Below are positions 8,363 to 17,859 of a stretch of 64,000 nucleotides of DNA, piece after piece. The stretch's first letter is position 1. The number at the start of each line of letters is the position of its first letter. A program made the translations under genes and the position numbers. Below the pieces are notes generated by a model. It worked only from the letters and a program-made list of their open reading frames with translations, did no database searches and had not been told where the DNA came from. This DNA is from Acidobacteriales bacterium 13_1_40CM_3_55_5 (GTDB taxonomy: Bacteria; Acidobacteriota; Terriglobia; Terriglobales; Acidobacteriaceae), in the NCBI GenBank assembly GCA_001918935.1, contig MNGW01000093.1, positions 5,302 through 69,301 on the forward strand. Reading direction: 5' to 3'.

Positions 8363-10240
8363 ATGACTACTTCCCGGTGTCGTGTGCTGTCCTGCCTTCT
8401 GTTTTTGCTCACACTAACAGTTCCTATCTTCGCGGCCGGACCAGCTCCGCACATCACAATCGCACTAGACGCCACGGAGGCGCCTCGCAAGATCTTTCAC
8501 GCACGCATGACAATTCCTGTGACAGGTGGCGCGCTCACTCTCTATTATCCGAAATGGATTCCCGGCGAGCATGGGCCAACCGGGCCCATCCAGGATCTTG
8601 CGGGACTGAAGTTCACTGCCAACGGTCAGATTCTGAAGTGGCGGCGTGACCTGCTCGATGGCTGGACGATCCACGTAGAAGCGCCGACTGGAGCTGCCAG
8701 TGTGGATGCATCGCTGGACTTCCTTTCCCCCGCGGGCGCAGAAGGCCTCTACACCGGTGGGCGGTCGGCTACGGACAAAATGTCCGTAATAAGTTGGAAC
8801 ACCATGCTGCTTTATCCCGCGGGATGGACTTCGGACGAGCTCACCTACGAAGCAACTCTCCGTCTTCCGGCAGGATGGAAATTCGGCACCCCGTTGCCGG
8901 TTGCGTCGCAAGCGGCAGGCGAGATCAAGTTCAAGCCTGTGTCACTGACCACGCTGGTGGATTCGCCAGTAATCACCGGCGAATTCATGCGAGTAGTGCC
9001 GCTGGCACAGAATCCGCTTCGCGAGATGGATATCGCTGCGGACAGCGCCGCTGCTCTTGACGCGCCGCAAGAAGTCCTCGATCACTATAAGAACCTGATC
9101 GACCAGGCTGAAAAGTTATTTGGCGCTCATCATTATCGTGAATATCACTTTGTATACAGCCTGAGCGACCATGTTGCTCATTTCGGCCTCGAACATCACG
9201 AATCGAATGACAGCCGGGTGGACGAGCGCGGCATGGTGAACCCAGGCAAACGGCTTCTTTCGGCTGGGCTTCTACCCCATGAATATGTGCATTCGTGGAA
9301 CGGAAAATATCGCCGTCCGGCAGACCTCACCACGCCGGATTACGAGAAGCCGATGCAGACCGATTTGCTCTGGGTGTACGAAGGATTGACTTCCTATCTG
9401 GGTGATGTGCTGACTGCGCGTAGTGGACTGCGCACGCCGGAAGAAGCTCGGGACGAGTTGGCATCGATTGTAGCCGATTTGGATCACCGGCCAGGCCGCG
9501 TCTGGCGTAATTTGCAGGACACGGCCGACGGCGTGCCCGCAATGCAGGGAGCCCCTCAGCAATGGGCATCATGGCGCCGTCCTTTGGATTATTACGACGA
9601 AGATGTCCTGAACTGGCTATGGGTGGATACGATCATTCGTCAGCAGACTCAAGGCAAGAAATCGGTGGACGACTTTTGTCACCTCTTTCACGGCGGACAG
9701 AGTGGACCTCCCGAGGTCAAAACCTACACCTTTGATGATGTCGTAAATGCGCTTAACCAGGTCGCCGCCTATGACTGGCGCGGCTTTTGGACCGAGCGCC
9801 TGACCAACCACGGCCCGGGAGCCCCATTGGGAGGAGTCGCGAACAGCGGCTGGAAGGTCGTCTATGACGATACCCGTTCAAACGTTGTGAAGACCAGCGA
9901 AGAAGAACACAACCACATTGATGCTTCCTACTCGATCGGGCTGTTGTTGCGTGACGACGGTTCCATCATTGACACCATTGAAGGCATGCTCGCAGCCACG
10001 GCGGGTATCGGCCCGGGAATGAAAGTCGTCGCAGTAAATGGACGACGGCTCACTACGGAAGTTTTGCGGGATGCGCTGAAGGCGGGAAAAACCAGCTCTC
10101 AGCCCCTGGAACTGATCGTGGAAAACACAGATTATTACAAAACTTACAAGCTCGACTATCACGATGGGGAGAAGTATCCACACTTGGTCCGTGATGATTC
10201 AAAGCCCGACAGGCTGAGCGAGATCATCAAGCCACGTTGA
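8363..10240 (+). CDS. peptidase M61 (glycyl aminopeptidase-like) with C-terminal PDZ domain
   Basis: HEYVHSWNGKYRRP motif, a signal-like N-terminus, and a PDZ-like GIGPGMKVVAVNG. Confidence 0.85.
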   Translation: MTTSRCRVLSCLLFLLTLTVPIFAAGPAPHITIALDATEAPRKIFHARMTIPVTGGALTLYYPKWIPGEHGPTGPIQDLAGLKFTANGQILKWRRDLLDGWTIHVEAPTGAASVDASLDFLSPAGAEGLYTGGRSATDKMSVISWNTMLLYPAGWTSDELTYEATLRLPAGWKFGTPLPVASQAAGEIKFKPVSLTTLVDSPVITGEFMRVVPLAQNPLREMDIAADSAAALDAPQEVLDHYKNLIDQAEKLFGAHHYREYHFVYSLSDHVAHFGLEHHESNDSRVDERGMVNPGKRLLSAGLLPHEYVHSWNGKYRRPADLTTPDYEKPMQTDLLWVYEGLTSYLGDVLTARSGLRTPEEARDELASIVADLDHRPGRVWRNLQDTADGVPAMQGAPQQWASWRRPLDYYDEDVLNWLWVDTIIRQQTQGKKSVDDFCHLFHGGQSGPPEVKTYTFDDVVNALNQVAAYDWRGFWTERLTNHGPGAPLGGVANSGWKVVYDDTRSNVVKTSEEEHNHIDASYSIGLLLRDDGSIIDTIEGMLAATAGIGPGMKVVAVNGRRLTTEVLRDALKAGKTSSQPLELIVENTDYYKTYKLDYHDGEKYPHLVRDDSKPDRLSEIIKPR

Positions 10241-10251
10241 GAGCGGTCGCA

Positions 10252-10995
10252 CTACATTTCGCTAACGCCCGCAAACAGATCTGTCTGCTGCGCACTTGAC
10301 CTGGAACTCGAGACCGCCAGGTGAAACATTTCCTGCCGCGCCCCCTTGCGTATATTCTCTTCAAAACGCGGCCAGAGAGGCGACTGGCTGGCATGGGCCT
10401 TGAATGCCGCAATCTTGGCCTCCAGGAAATCCCCAATATCGATGCTGGCGGTGGGAAAAGAGAGCAGGATTGGCTGTCTGTCAGACAGAGTGAAGTTGGC
10501 GGTAGCGTAATACAATTTCTGAGCGTGGTGCGGCGTGATCCCGCCTTGCAATTGGTCAGGATAACGATTCGCGCGGCCTGCCCAATGAAAAGCAAGTGTC
10601 GCGAATACTGAAACCATGGAATGGTCGGTGTGACCCGTAAGGCCTCCTTCCGGTCCAAAGGTGAGTAGTACTTGAGGACGAAATTCGCGCAAGTGCCGGC
10701 TCAGATCGCAAGCCACCTTATAGGAATCCTGGCGATAAAGCTGGCCGTCGGGATAGTCAAGCACAATTCCGCGATTGACTTTCAAAATCTCGCACGCCGC
10801 AGCAAATTCTTTTCGGCGAATGGCCGCTAGTTCCTGATCGCTCTTTGCCCCGCCGCGATTGCTGGCTGCCTGTCCCGGCGTGAGACATACGACGCAAGTC
10901 TCCACCTGGCGCTCACGATACAGACGCAGCACGCCGCCGAAGCCGCCCGCTTCGTCGTCAGGATGTGCCGTGATGACCATCAACCGCAGAGGCAT
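10252..10995 (-). CDS. PIG-L/LmbE family deacetylase
   Basis: N-terminal MVITAHPDDEAGGFGG. Confidence 0.85.
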   Translation of the reverse strand: MPLRLMVITAHPDDEAGGFGGVLRLYRERQVETCVVCLTPGQAASNRGGAKSDQELAAIRRKEFAAACEILKVNRGIVLDYPDGQLYRQDSYKVACDLSRHLREFRPQVLLTFGPEGGLTGHTDHSMVSVFATLAFHWAGRANRYPDQLQGGITPHHAQKLYYATANFTLSDRQPILLSFPTASIDIGDFLEAKIAAFKAHASQSPLWPRFEENIRKGARQEMFHLAVSSSRSSAQQTDLFAGVSEM

Positions 10996-11027
10996 GCAGC
11001 GATTGTAATGGAGAGACGACGACAGCT

Positions 11028-11783
11028 CTAAACTGCCTGCACCTCAAGTTCGCGGGCAGACTCTTCCGGATCCTCCCCCAGCATAAATGCCAGCACCTCC
11101 TGCGGCACGGGAGCATTCCAAACCGGAGCAAACGATTGGCGGTGCAAAGGAGAAGGCCCATGCTGGCGCAGAGCGGCGAGATGGTAAGGAGTGCTGTATC
11201 CCTTATTCGAAGCTAGCCGGTAAACCGGAAATACAGGATCCCATTCCCTGACCATGCGATCACGCTCAACTTTAGCCAGGATGGAAGCGGCAGCGATAGA
11301 AGCGGAAAGCGCGTCACCATGAATAATGGCCCTTTGCGGCAGATCGCAGTCCAGCCGCAAGGCATCGATCAGCAGATGGTCCGCCCTGGGCTGGAGCCGA
11401 GTCACTGCCTCCAGCATGGCCACTCGTGAGGCCTGATAAATATTGATCTGATCAATGCGGGCTGCATCCACCGCAGCAACGGCCCACGCAATAGCGTGCT
11501 GGCGAATACGCTCAGCTAATATCTCCCGCCGCTCCGGCAGCAGCAGCTTCGAATCACGCAGTCCGCGGACTCTATATGCTGGATCGAGAATCACGGCAGC
11601 CGCGACGACTGGCCCAAACAGAGAGCCACGTCCTACTTCATCTACTCCTGCGACCAAACGAGCTCCGCACTCCCATGCTTTATTTTCGTATCGGAGCGTA
11701 CATCGCAGCCTTTTGAGCAGACGAAGTTTTGCTGCGGATGCAGAAAGTTTCTTTTCGGGTGCGAGTTTTGCTTTAGTGGCCAC
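11028..11783 (-). CDS. rnhB: ribonuclease HII
   Basis: VAGVDEVGRGSLFGPVVAAAV and the DSK motif. Confidence 0.9.
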   Translation of the reverse strand: MATKAKLAPEKKLSASAAKLRLLKRLRCTLRYENKAWECGARLVAGVDEVGRGSLFGPVVAAAVILDPAYRVRGLRDSKLLLPERREILAERIRQHAIAWAVAAVDAARIDQINIYQASRVAMLEAVTRLQPRADHLLIDALRLDCDLPQRAIIHGDALSASIAAASILAKVERDRMVREWDPVFPVYRLASNKGYSTPYHLAALRQHGPSPLHRQSFAPVWNAPVPQEVLAFMLGEDPEESARELEVQAV

Positions 11784-12159
11784 GAACTGGAGATAAGTGC
11801 ATCTTCGCCCAGTCCAGTTTGCGATGCAACTGTGGAAAATGGCGAAATCTTACTGAAAATGTGTTCTGGCGCCGTCAACTTGGAAGCCTCCGCACAAGAT
11901 AACAACGGGTGCGGTTACCACCGTACTTTGACCCCAATTCGGTCACTTGTTATTTTCACCCAAGGATTTGTCCGTCCGCGAACGTGCATAGTGCCAGAAG
12001 ATCTCTCCAACAAACCGCCGGATCGGAGTAGCAAGCGCATCCACGTCGCTCTACCCATTCGTGTCACTTATTGGGACAGCGAGAACAAACCATCCCTGGA
12101 AATGGCCTGCACCTGAAGAAGTCTACGACCCGCTTCAAAGGGATAACGGAATTTTGCGT

Positions 12160-12543
12160 ATGAATTACAGTTCGCCGGTGGGAAGCGGCAACCGCAGGCG
12201 TCAGCAACGCTTTTCAGCCGAAGGCGCGGCGGACTTGCTGAAGCGTGGCCCAGACGCGACCCATACCGAGGCGGACTTGAAGAATTTGTCTGAGGGCGGC
12301 TGCCTCATTAAGACCAAGCAAGCTGTGCTGCCAGGCACGGATCTGAAACTAGTGTTGAATGTCTCCAACTACGATCTCAGCGTGAAAGGACAAGTCCGGC
12401 ACGCCGCAGAGGTGGGATTGGGGGTCGAGTTTCGCGAAATTCGCAAAGGCGACTGGGAAGTCCTGCAATATCTATTGCGCAAGCTGTCCGAACAGAGAGA
12501 AGAAGAGAAACCTAAAGCCAAGTCTGCCGTCATCTCGTTCTAA
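12160..12543 (+). CDS. PilZ domain protein
   Basis: RRRQQRF ... NLSEGGCLI. Start moved to the internal ATG (MNYSS). Confidence 0.7.
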   Translation: MNYSSPVGSGNRRRQQRFSAEGAADLLKRGPDATHTEADLKNLSEGGCLIKTKQAVLPGTDLKLVLNVSNYDLSVKGQVRHAAEVGLGVEFREIRKGDWEVLQYLLRKLSEQREEEKPKAKSAVISF

Positions 12544-12547
12544 AATT

Positions 12548-12928
12548 CTAAGACTTCCCAACAGCCTCCGCCGCAGCATGCTCTCGCTCCACGTCTTTGA
12601 GGCGAGCCGCTTTGCCCCTCAGAGTACGCAAATAATACAATTTTGCGCGGCGGACCTTCGACGAACGCAGCAAGTCGATCCGATCAATCACCTTGGAGTT
12701 GATGGGGAATATGCGCTCCACACCATGGCCAAAGCTTATCTTTCTCACAGTAAAGCTGGCTTGCGGACCACGCGTGCGCGCAATCACGACGCCTTCAAAT
12801 GCCTGCAATCGTTCCTTGTCACCTTCTTTGATTTTCACATGCACGCGAACGCTATCTCCCGGAACAAAGCTGGGAAGATCGGTGCGCAGGGTCTTAGCCA
12901 GAAGTTTTTCGATAATCAGATTCGACAT
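12548..12928 (-). CDS. rplS: 50S ribosomal protein L19
   Basis: [27 protein letters not shown]. Confidence 0.95.
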   Translation of the reverse strand: MSNLIIEKLLAKTLRTDLPSFVPGDSVRVHVKIKEGDKERLQAFEGVVIARTRGPQASFTVRKISFGHGVERIFPINSKVIDRIDLLRSSKVRRAKLYYLRTLRGKAARLKDVEREHAAAEAVGKS

Positions 12929-12946
12929 GTTGATGTCCCTTCGTTT

Positions 12947-13756
12947 CTATATGTCTTTGCCCCTAATCTGGGCCAACAATTCTTTATCTTCGTCGCTCAG
13001 CACGATCTGCTGCAGAAGATCGGGGCGGTTCCGCACAGTTTTTTCAAGCGCCGTGCGCCGCCGCCAGCGCCGGATATCTTCGTGATTGCCTGAAACCAGC
13101 ACTTCCGGTACTGTCATGCCCCGAAAATCCGCAGGTCGCGTGTAGTGCGGGTAATCCAGCAATCCGCCTGAAGCGCAAGTGGAAGTCGGTCCATCCGCAG
13201 CCTGGAAATCAACCTGCGCAGTAAATGATTCCTGTTGCGACGAAGCTTCATTCCCCAGCGCCCCTGGAATCAGCCGTGTCATTGCGTCCAAAATCACCGC
13301 CGCCCCTAGTTCGCCGCCGCTGAGCACGTAGTCTCCGATGGACAGTTCACGGTCCGCCAGATATTCCCCGACTCGCTCGTCGACCCCTTCGTAGCGTCCG
13401 CAAATCAGAACGATCCGTTGCAGCCCCGCAAGTTCCTTGGCCGCGGCCTGGTCGAAGCGTTTACCTTGCGCCGAGAGCAGCACCACGCTTTGCTCCGTTC
13501 CGCCGGCGATGCGATCTTCCCACGACCGCACCTTGAGCGCTTCCAAACATTCAAAGATCGGTTCCGGCTTCAGGACCATGCCCTCGCCGCCGCCAAATGG
13601 GCGGTCATCCACAGTGCGGTGCCGGTCGTGCGCAAACGCCCGCAAATCGTGGATTTCGACATCTACCAATCCAACTTCCCGAGCCCGTCGGACAATGCCG
13701 AAATCCAGAGGTCCGCGAAAGAAATCGGGAAAGATCGTTAAGATATCGACCTTCAT
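12947..13756 (-). CDS. trmD: tRNA (guanine37-N1)-methyltransferase
   Basis: MKVDILTIFPDFF ... LICGRYEGVDERV ... SIGDYVLSGGE. Confidence 0.95.
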   Translation of the reverse strand: MKVDILTIFPDFFRGPLDFGIVRRAREVGLVDVEIHDLRAFAHDRHRTVDDRPFGGGEGMVLKPEPIFECLEALKVRSWEDRIAGGTEQSVVLLSAQGKRFDQAAAKELAGLQRIVLICGRYEGVDERVGEYLADRELSIGDYVLSGGELGAAVILDAMTRLIPGALGNEASSQQESFTAQVDFQAADGPTSTCASGGLLDYPHYTRPADFRGMTVPEVLVSGNHEDIRRWRRRTALEKTVRNRPDLLQQIVLSDEDKELLAQIRGKDI

Positions 13757-13840
13757 CGCGGATCTAAAAATTCTCTAACCCAAAAAGGACCGGAGATCGA
13801 TGAGATTTTCTTCCTCCGTGTCCCTCTGCGTCCTCTGTGG

Positions 13841-14377
13841 TTAGCGTTTTCGCCCTTCTTGCTCCCGCTTTTCCTCCGCTGTCAGAGGTGAATTCACTTC
13901 CAACATCCCCTCAGGCAAGAGCATCTGAATCCTTCGATTCTTGAGATCCACACTTTGAAGATAAGCTTCAGCGTAGGGAATCTCATATTCTTTCGGTGGC
14001 GCGCTTACGATCAGCAGCGGCGCTTCGCCGGCCCCGAACTGCACATTCCGAATCGTGCCCACCTCACGATCCCCGGAAAAAACAATGCATCCGATCAGAT
14101 CGCTGACATAGTTCCAACCCGGCTCAAGTGCGGCACGTTCAGTCGCTGGAACTTGTAATTCACAACCCACAAGGGTTTCCGCGTCTGAAATCGAGCCCAC
14201 CCCCGCGAACTTCAGAACCAGGTGCCCTTTGTGCGGCCAGAGTTCTTCAATCTGCAACTCGCGCCGGCTGCCACCTTCTTCGAGGGCCCAAAGTTTCATG
14301 CCTTGGGAAAAACGATCCGGCACGTCACTATGCACTTCGATGGCAACTTCACCGCGGCGACCTTGTGTCTTGAGCAC
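13841..14377 (-). CDS. rimM: 16S rRNA processing protein RimM
   Basis: Conserved position between the KH gene and trmD. PRC-barrel-like C-terminus. Confidence 0.9.
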   Translation of the reverse strand: MLKTQGRRGEVAIEVHSDVPDRFSQGMKLWALEEGGSRRELQIEELWPHKGHLVLKFAGVGSISDAETLVGCELQVPATERAALEPGWNYVSDLIGCIVFSGDREVGTIRNVQFGAGEAPLLIVSAPPKEYEIPYAEAYLQSVDLKNRRIQMLLPEGMLEVNSPLTAEEKREQEGRKR

Positions 14378-14403
14378 GCGGGCGAGAGTAATGAACTCGT
14401 CGG

Positions 14404-14655
14404 CTATTCCAGAATCTCCAGCGTGAACCGCTTATTAAACTTCATCCCCGTCGCGCCCAACAAATTGCGCATGGCGCGGGCCGTGCGTCCCCGCTTGCCG
14501 ATCACCCTGCCTAAGTCGTTTGGCGCCACCTTCAGTTCGAGCACGCTGCCCTGGCTGGCGTCAATTTGATTGACCGAGACTTGGTCCGGTTCATCGACCA
14601 GTGCTTTCGCAATCTGCTCAATCAAAGCGCGCATATCCCCAGCTTGCTCGTCCAT
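14404..14655 (-). CDS. KH domain RNA-binding protein (YlqC/UPF0109)
   Basis: VIGKRGRTARAMRNLL GXXG loop. Start placed at the internal Met (MDEQAGD). Confidence 0.85.
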   Translation of the reverse strand: MDEQAGDMRALIEQIAKALVDEPDQVSVNQIDASQGSVLELKVAPNDLGRVIGKRGRTARAMRNLLGATGMKFNKRFTLEILE

Positions 14656-14692
14656 AGCGGATTCCCGACGGGATAAGATTGCGATCTGCGGA

Positions 14693-14950
14693 TCAGGCGG
14701 CGGGCTGCGCACTCGGCGAGGCCGGCTTGGAGTAAATTTTGCTGACCCGGTCCGACATCCTGGCGCCCTTCGATACCCAATAATCAATGCGCTCGCGTTT
14801 AAGATCGATGCTGGCAGGATTGGTGCGTGGATTGTACGTTCCTACCACCTCGACCGGCCGGCCATTGCGCGCCCGCTCCTTCTCGATGACCACCACCCGA
14901 TACTGCGGCTGTTTTCGCGCACCCGTGCGCGATAGACGAATCATTAACAC
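14693..14950 (-). CDS. rpsP: 30S ribosomal protein S16
   Basis: MIRLSRTGARKQPQYRVVV. Confidence 0.95.
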   Translation of the reverse strand: MLMIRLSRTGARKQPQYRVVVIEKERARNGRPVEVVGTYNPRTNPASIDLKRERIDYWVSKGARMSDRVSKIYSKPASPSAQPAA

Positions 14951-15049
14951 TGAGCTTAAATTCCTTTCCTAATTCCTTCTGGAGGGATAAAGCAAACTGT
15001 TATTTTTGCAGAATTTACCGGGATTGGCAAGTTGAGGCGCCTAGCGGGC

Positions 15050-15193
15050 GTGAGCGAAGCGGGAGCCCGCTGCCGAAATTCTGAGCGAAGCCGAAGGATC
15101 CCACGTTAAGCGGACACCTCCCCTTCGGTAGGTTGCTCAGGCACGCTAAGAACCGAGCCCGCTGCCGAAATCCTGAGCAAAGCGAAGGATCTT
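15050..15193. repeat. cluster of CCTGAGCGAAG...CGAAGGA box repeats
   Basis: Direct repeats at 15064-15102 and 15156-15193 (gagcccgctgccgaaatYctgagcRaagc(c)gaaggatc). A reverse copy lies at 15121-15142. The boxes are the same as those flanking the GIY-YIG gene. Confidence 0.65.
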
Positions 15194-15264
15194 AAGGATT
15201 GCGAAATGCCCTCGGACAGCCTGTGCTATGTTTTAACTTTCTCCCCTAAACCAGCGAGGCCGCT

Positions 15265-16027
15265 ATGCCCCGATACGAATATCGCCCTCTGACTCCGACG
15301 GCAGAAGCAGAGCAGACCTTCCTGTCGTGGATCGACCGCCTGGATCAGGAGTTCATGAATCGCGATCCGGAGCACCGCTGCCTGGTGGTGCGAGACGCGT
15401 TGCACCAACTTTATCTTGGACGCCCTTATTCACCTCCGGATGCCGCTGGCCCTTTGGCAGCACAGGCGCTGGTTCACACTTTTGACCCGCGCAACGCCAC
15501 CCTTGAGCCGGAATACTACGGTGACGTGGATGCTTCGAAATACGCCGAGCGCAAACCGCTCATCTGGTTCTGGATGATGTACGACCGCTCCCCGGTTGGC
15601 CTCAACCATTGGCTGGGATTTCGCATGCGCGCCACTCTCGCCCGCCACGTCTTCAAGTTTTGCGGCAAGAACGTGAAGATTTTCCACGGCGTCGAGTTTT
15701 CCTTCGGCTACAACTTGACCGTAGAAGACAATTGCACCATTCACAAGTACGTGCTACTCGACGACCGCGGCGAAATCATCATTCATGAAGGCAGTTCCGT
15801 CTCTGACCAGCAATCACAAGACGGAGATTGGCCCTAAGGCTCGCATCACTTATCACGCTACGGTGCTGAGCGGCGTAAAAGTCGGAGAACATGGCATGCT
15901 CGGATCGATGGGCGTCGCATCCAAAAATGTCGATCCCTTCACGGTAGCTGCTGGTATCCCCGCCAAACCTGTGAAGGTAAAAACCATCGCGCCCGAGGAA
16001 GTGCGTAAGGCCATGCAAAAGCAATAA
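15265..16027 (+). pseudogene. hexapeptide-repeat (left-handed beta-helix) acyl/acetyltransferase, interrupted by a +1 frameshift
   Basis: The frame-1 ORF ends at 15837 (..IIIHEGSSVSDQQSQDGDWP*). The helix continues in frame 2 from about 15800 (..IGPKARITYHATVLSGVKVGEHGMLGSMGVASKNV..AAGIPAKPV). Confidence 0.7.
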
Positions 16028-16105
16028 CGCCTGAGTCGGTGCGCCTCATCGCCGTCTCCGCACCCTGGTGCCCGCCCTGCATGGTAGTATCGGAGCCAAA
16101 TTGGC

Positions 16106-16810
16106 ATGACCCTGCAACATGTAGACATTCTGTTCAAGCTGATCGTGTTTTTGTTTGCGATCAGCTTTCACGAATCCGCGCATGCTTGGATGGCCAACCG
16201 TTGCGGCGATCCGACCGCGCGCATGCTCGGCCGCATTAGTCTGAATCCGATAAAGCACATTGATCCTCTGGGAACGATTCTGCTGCCGCTGGTCGCGATG
16301 TTTACCCACATCCCCGTATTGGGATGGGCTAAGCCGACACCGGTCGATCCGCGCAACTTTCGCCGACCGGTGCTGGATGACATCCTCACCTCTGTGGTCG
16401 GACCAATCAGCAACTTTATAGTAGCCAGCGGCGCGGTTCTGATTCTGGCTGCTATTTCATTTACCTCACAAATCGGGCACGGCATCGTGCAAAACATGCC
16501 TTGGGCATATCTGACCAATAACCTGGATGTGCTCGCCGCGCAAACCAACTCGGTGCTCATGCCTATCAGTCTGCTCGCATATGAGTTGATGGTGATCAAC
16601 ATAGTCTTGGGCGTTTTTAATCTGATTCCGGTTCCCCCCCTCGACGGCAGCCACGTGCTGCGGCATTTGCTGCCCGAGCCAATTCGCCGCGTCTATGACA
16701 CGATGGGCTGGTTTGCACTGCTGGCGCTGGTCTACTTCGGTGGGAACTTCCTGGGGCGGTTGATCTTCCCCGTCCTGGGGTTATTCAATTCTCTGTTGAT
16801 GAGAATGTGA
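16106..16810 (+). CDS. site-2 protease family (M50) protein
   Basis: HESAHAWMA ... SLNPIKHIDPLGT, in a membrane protein. Confidence 0.85.
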   Translation: MTLQHVDILFKLIVFLFAISFHESAHAWMANRCGDPTARMLGRISLNPIKHIDPLGTILLPLVAMFTHIPVLGWAKPTPVDPRNFRRPVLDDILTSVVGPISNFIVASGAVLILAAISFTSQIGHGIVQNMPWAYLTNNLDVLAAQTNSVLMPISLLAYELMVINIVLGVFNLIPVPPLDGSHVLRHLLPEPIRRVYDTMGWFALLALVYFGGNFLGRLIFPVLGLFNSLLMRM

Positions 16811-17859
16811 TGTCTTCTCGTTCCAATCATCGCAAACGCGTGCTCAGCGGTATGCGCTCTACGGGCAAACTGCATCTGGGGAATTTTGTCGGCGCCCTGG
16901 ACAACTGGGTACGCATGCAGGAACAGTATGAATGCTTCTTCTTCGTGGCCGACTGGCACGCACTGACCACGGACTACGCCGATACTTCGCGGATCAAACA
17001 AAATTCGCTCGAGGTTCTACTCGACTGGCTAGCAGCCGGACTCGATCCCGACCACTGCACCATGTTTATCCAGTCGCATGTGCCACAGCATGCCGAATTG
17101 CATCTTCTGCTTTCCATGATCACTCCGCTGGGCTGGCTTGAGCGTGTCCCTACGTATAAGGAGCAGCGGGAAAACATCAGCGAAAAAGATCTCGGCACCT
17201 ATGGCTTCCTCGGATACCCGGTGCTGCAAGCTGCCGACATTCTGATTTATAAAGGCGACTTCGTTCCCGTGGGTGAAGATCAAGTGCCCCACGTCGAATT
17301 GACTCGCGAAATTGCGCGCCGCTTCAACATGTTTTACAGCGGCAAGCGTTCTTACGTTTTCCCTGAACCGCAGCCGCTGCTGACTCCAGCGGCGAAACTG
17401 CCCGGAACCGATGGGCGCAAGATGTCGAAATCCTACGGAAACACCATCCTGCTAACCGATCCGGAGCCGGTGGTGCGGCAGAAATTGAAGACCATGGTCA
17501 CCGACCCCGCCCGTGTGCGCAGGACCGATCCCGGCAATCCCGATATCTGTCCCGTTGGGGACCTGCACAAGATTTTCAGCGACCGGGCCACCATTGCCAA
17601 AGTTGATGTAGGCTGCCGTTCGGCGGCCATCGGATGCATTGAGTGCAAGGGTTGGGCCGCCGATGCACTAGTTAGCATTCTGAATCCCATGCAGGAGCGT
17701 CGGAGAAAATATGAGGAAAATCCACACCTCGCCTGGGATATTCTGGAAGCAGGCTCGGCCCGCGCTCGTAAGGTCGCTTCTGGCACCATGGATGAGGTTC
17801 GGGCCGCGATGAATATGTCGTTGGAATATGAGGCTCTTAGGGTGACTCGGAAGCAGTGA
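16807..17859 (+). CDS. trpS: tryptophan--tRNA ligase
   Basis: GKLHLGNFVGAL (HIGH-like) and KMSKS motifs. Confidence 0.95.
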   Translation: MMSSRSNHRKRVLSGMRSTGKLHLGNFVGALDNWVRMQEQYECFFFVADWHALTTDYADTSRIKQNSLEVLLDWLAAGLDPDHCTMFIQSHVPQHAELHLLLSMITPLGWLERVPTYKEQRENISEKDLGTYGFLGYPVLQAADILIYKGDFVPVGEDQVPHVELTREIARRFNMFYSGKRSYVFPEPQPLLTPAAKLPGTDGRKMSKSYGNTILLTDPEPVVRQKLKTMVTDPARVRRTDPGNPDICPVGDLHKIFSDRATIAKVDVGCRSAAIGCIECKGWAADALVSILNPMQERRRKYEENPHLAWDILEAGSARARKVASGTMDEVRAAMNMSLEYEALRVTRKQ

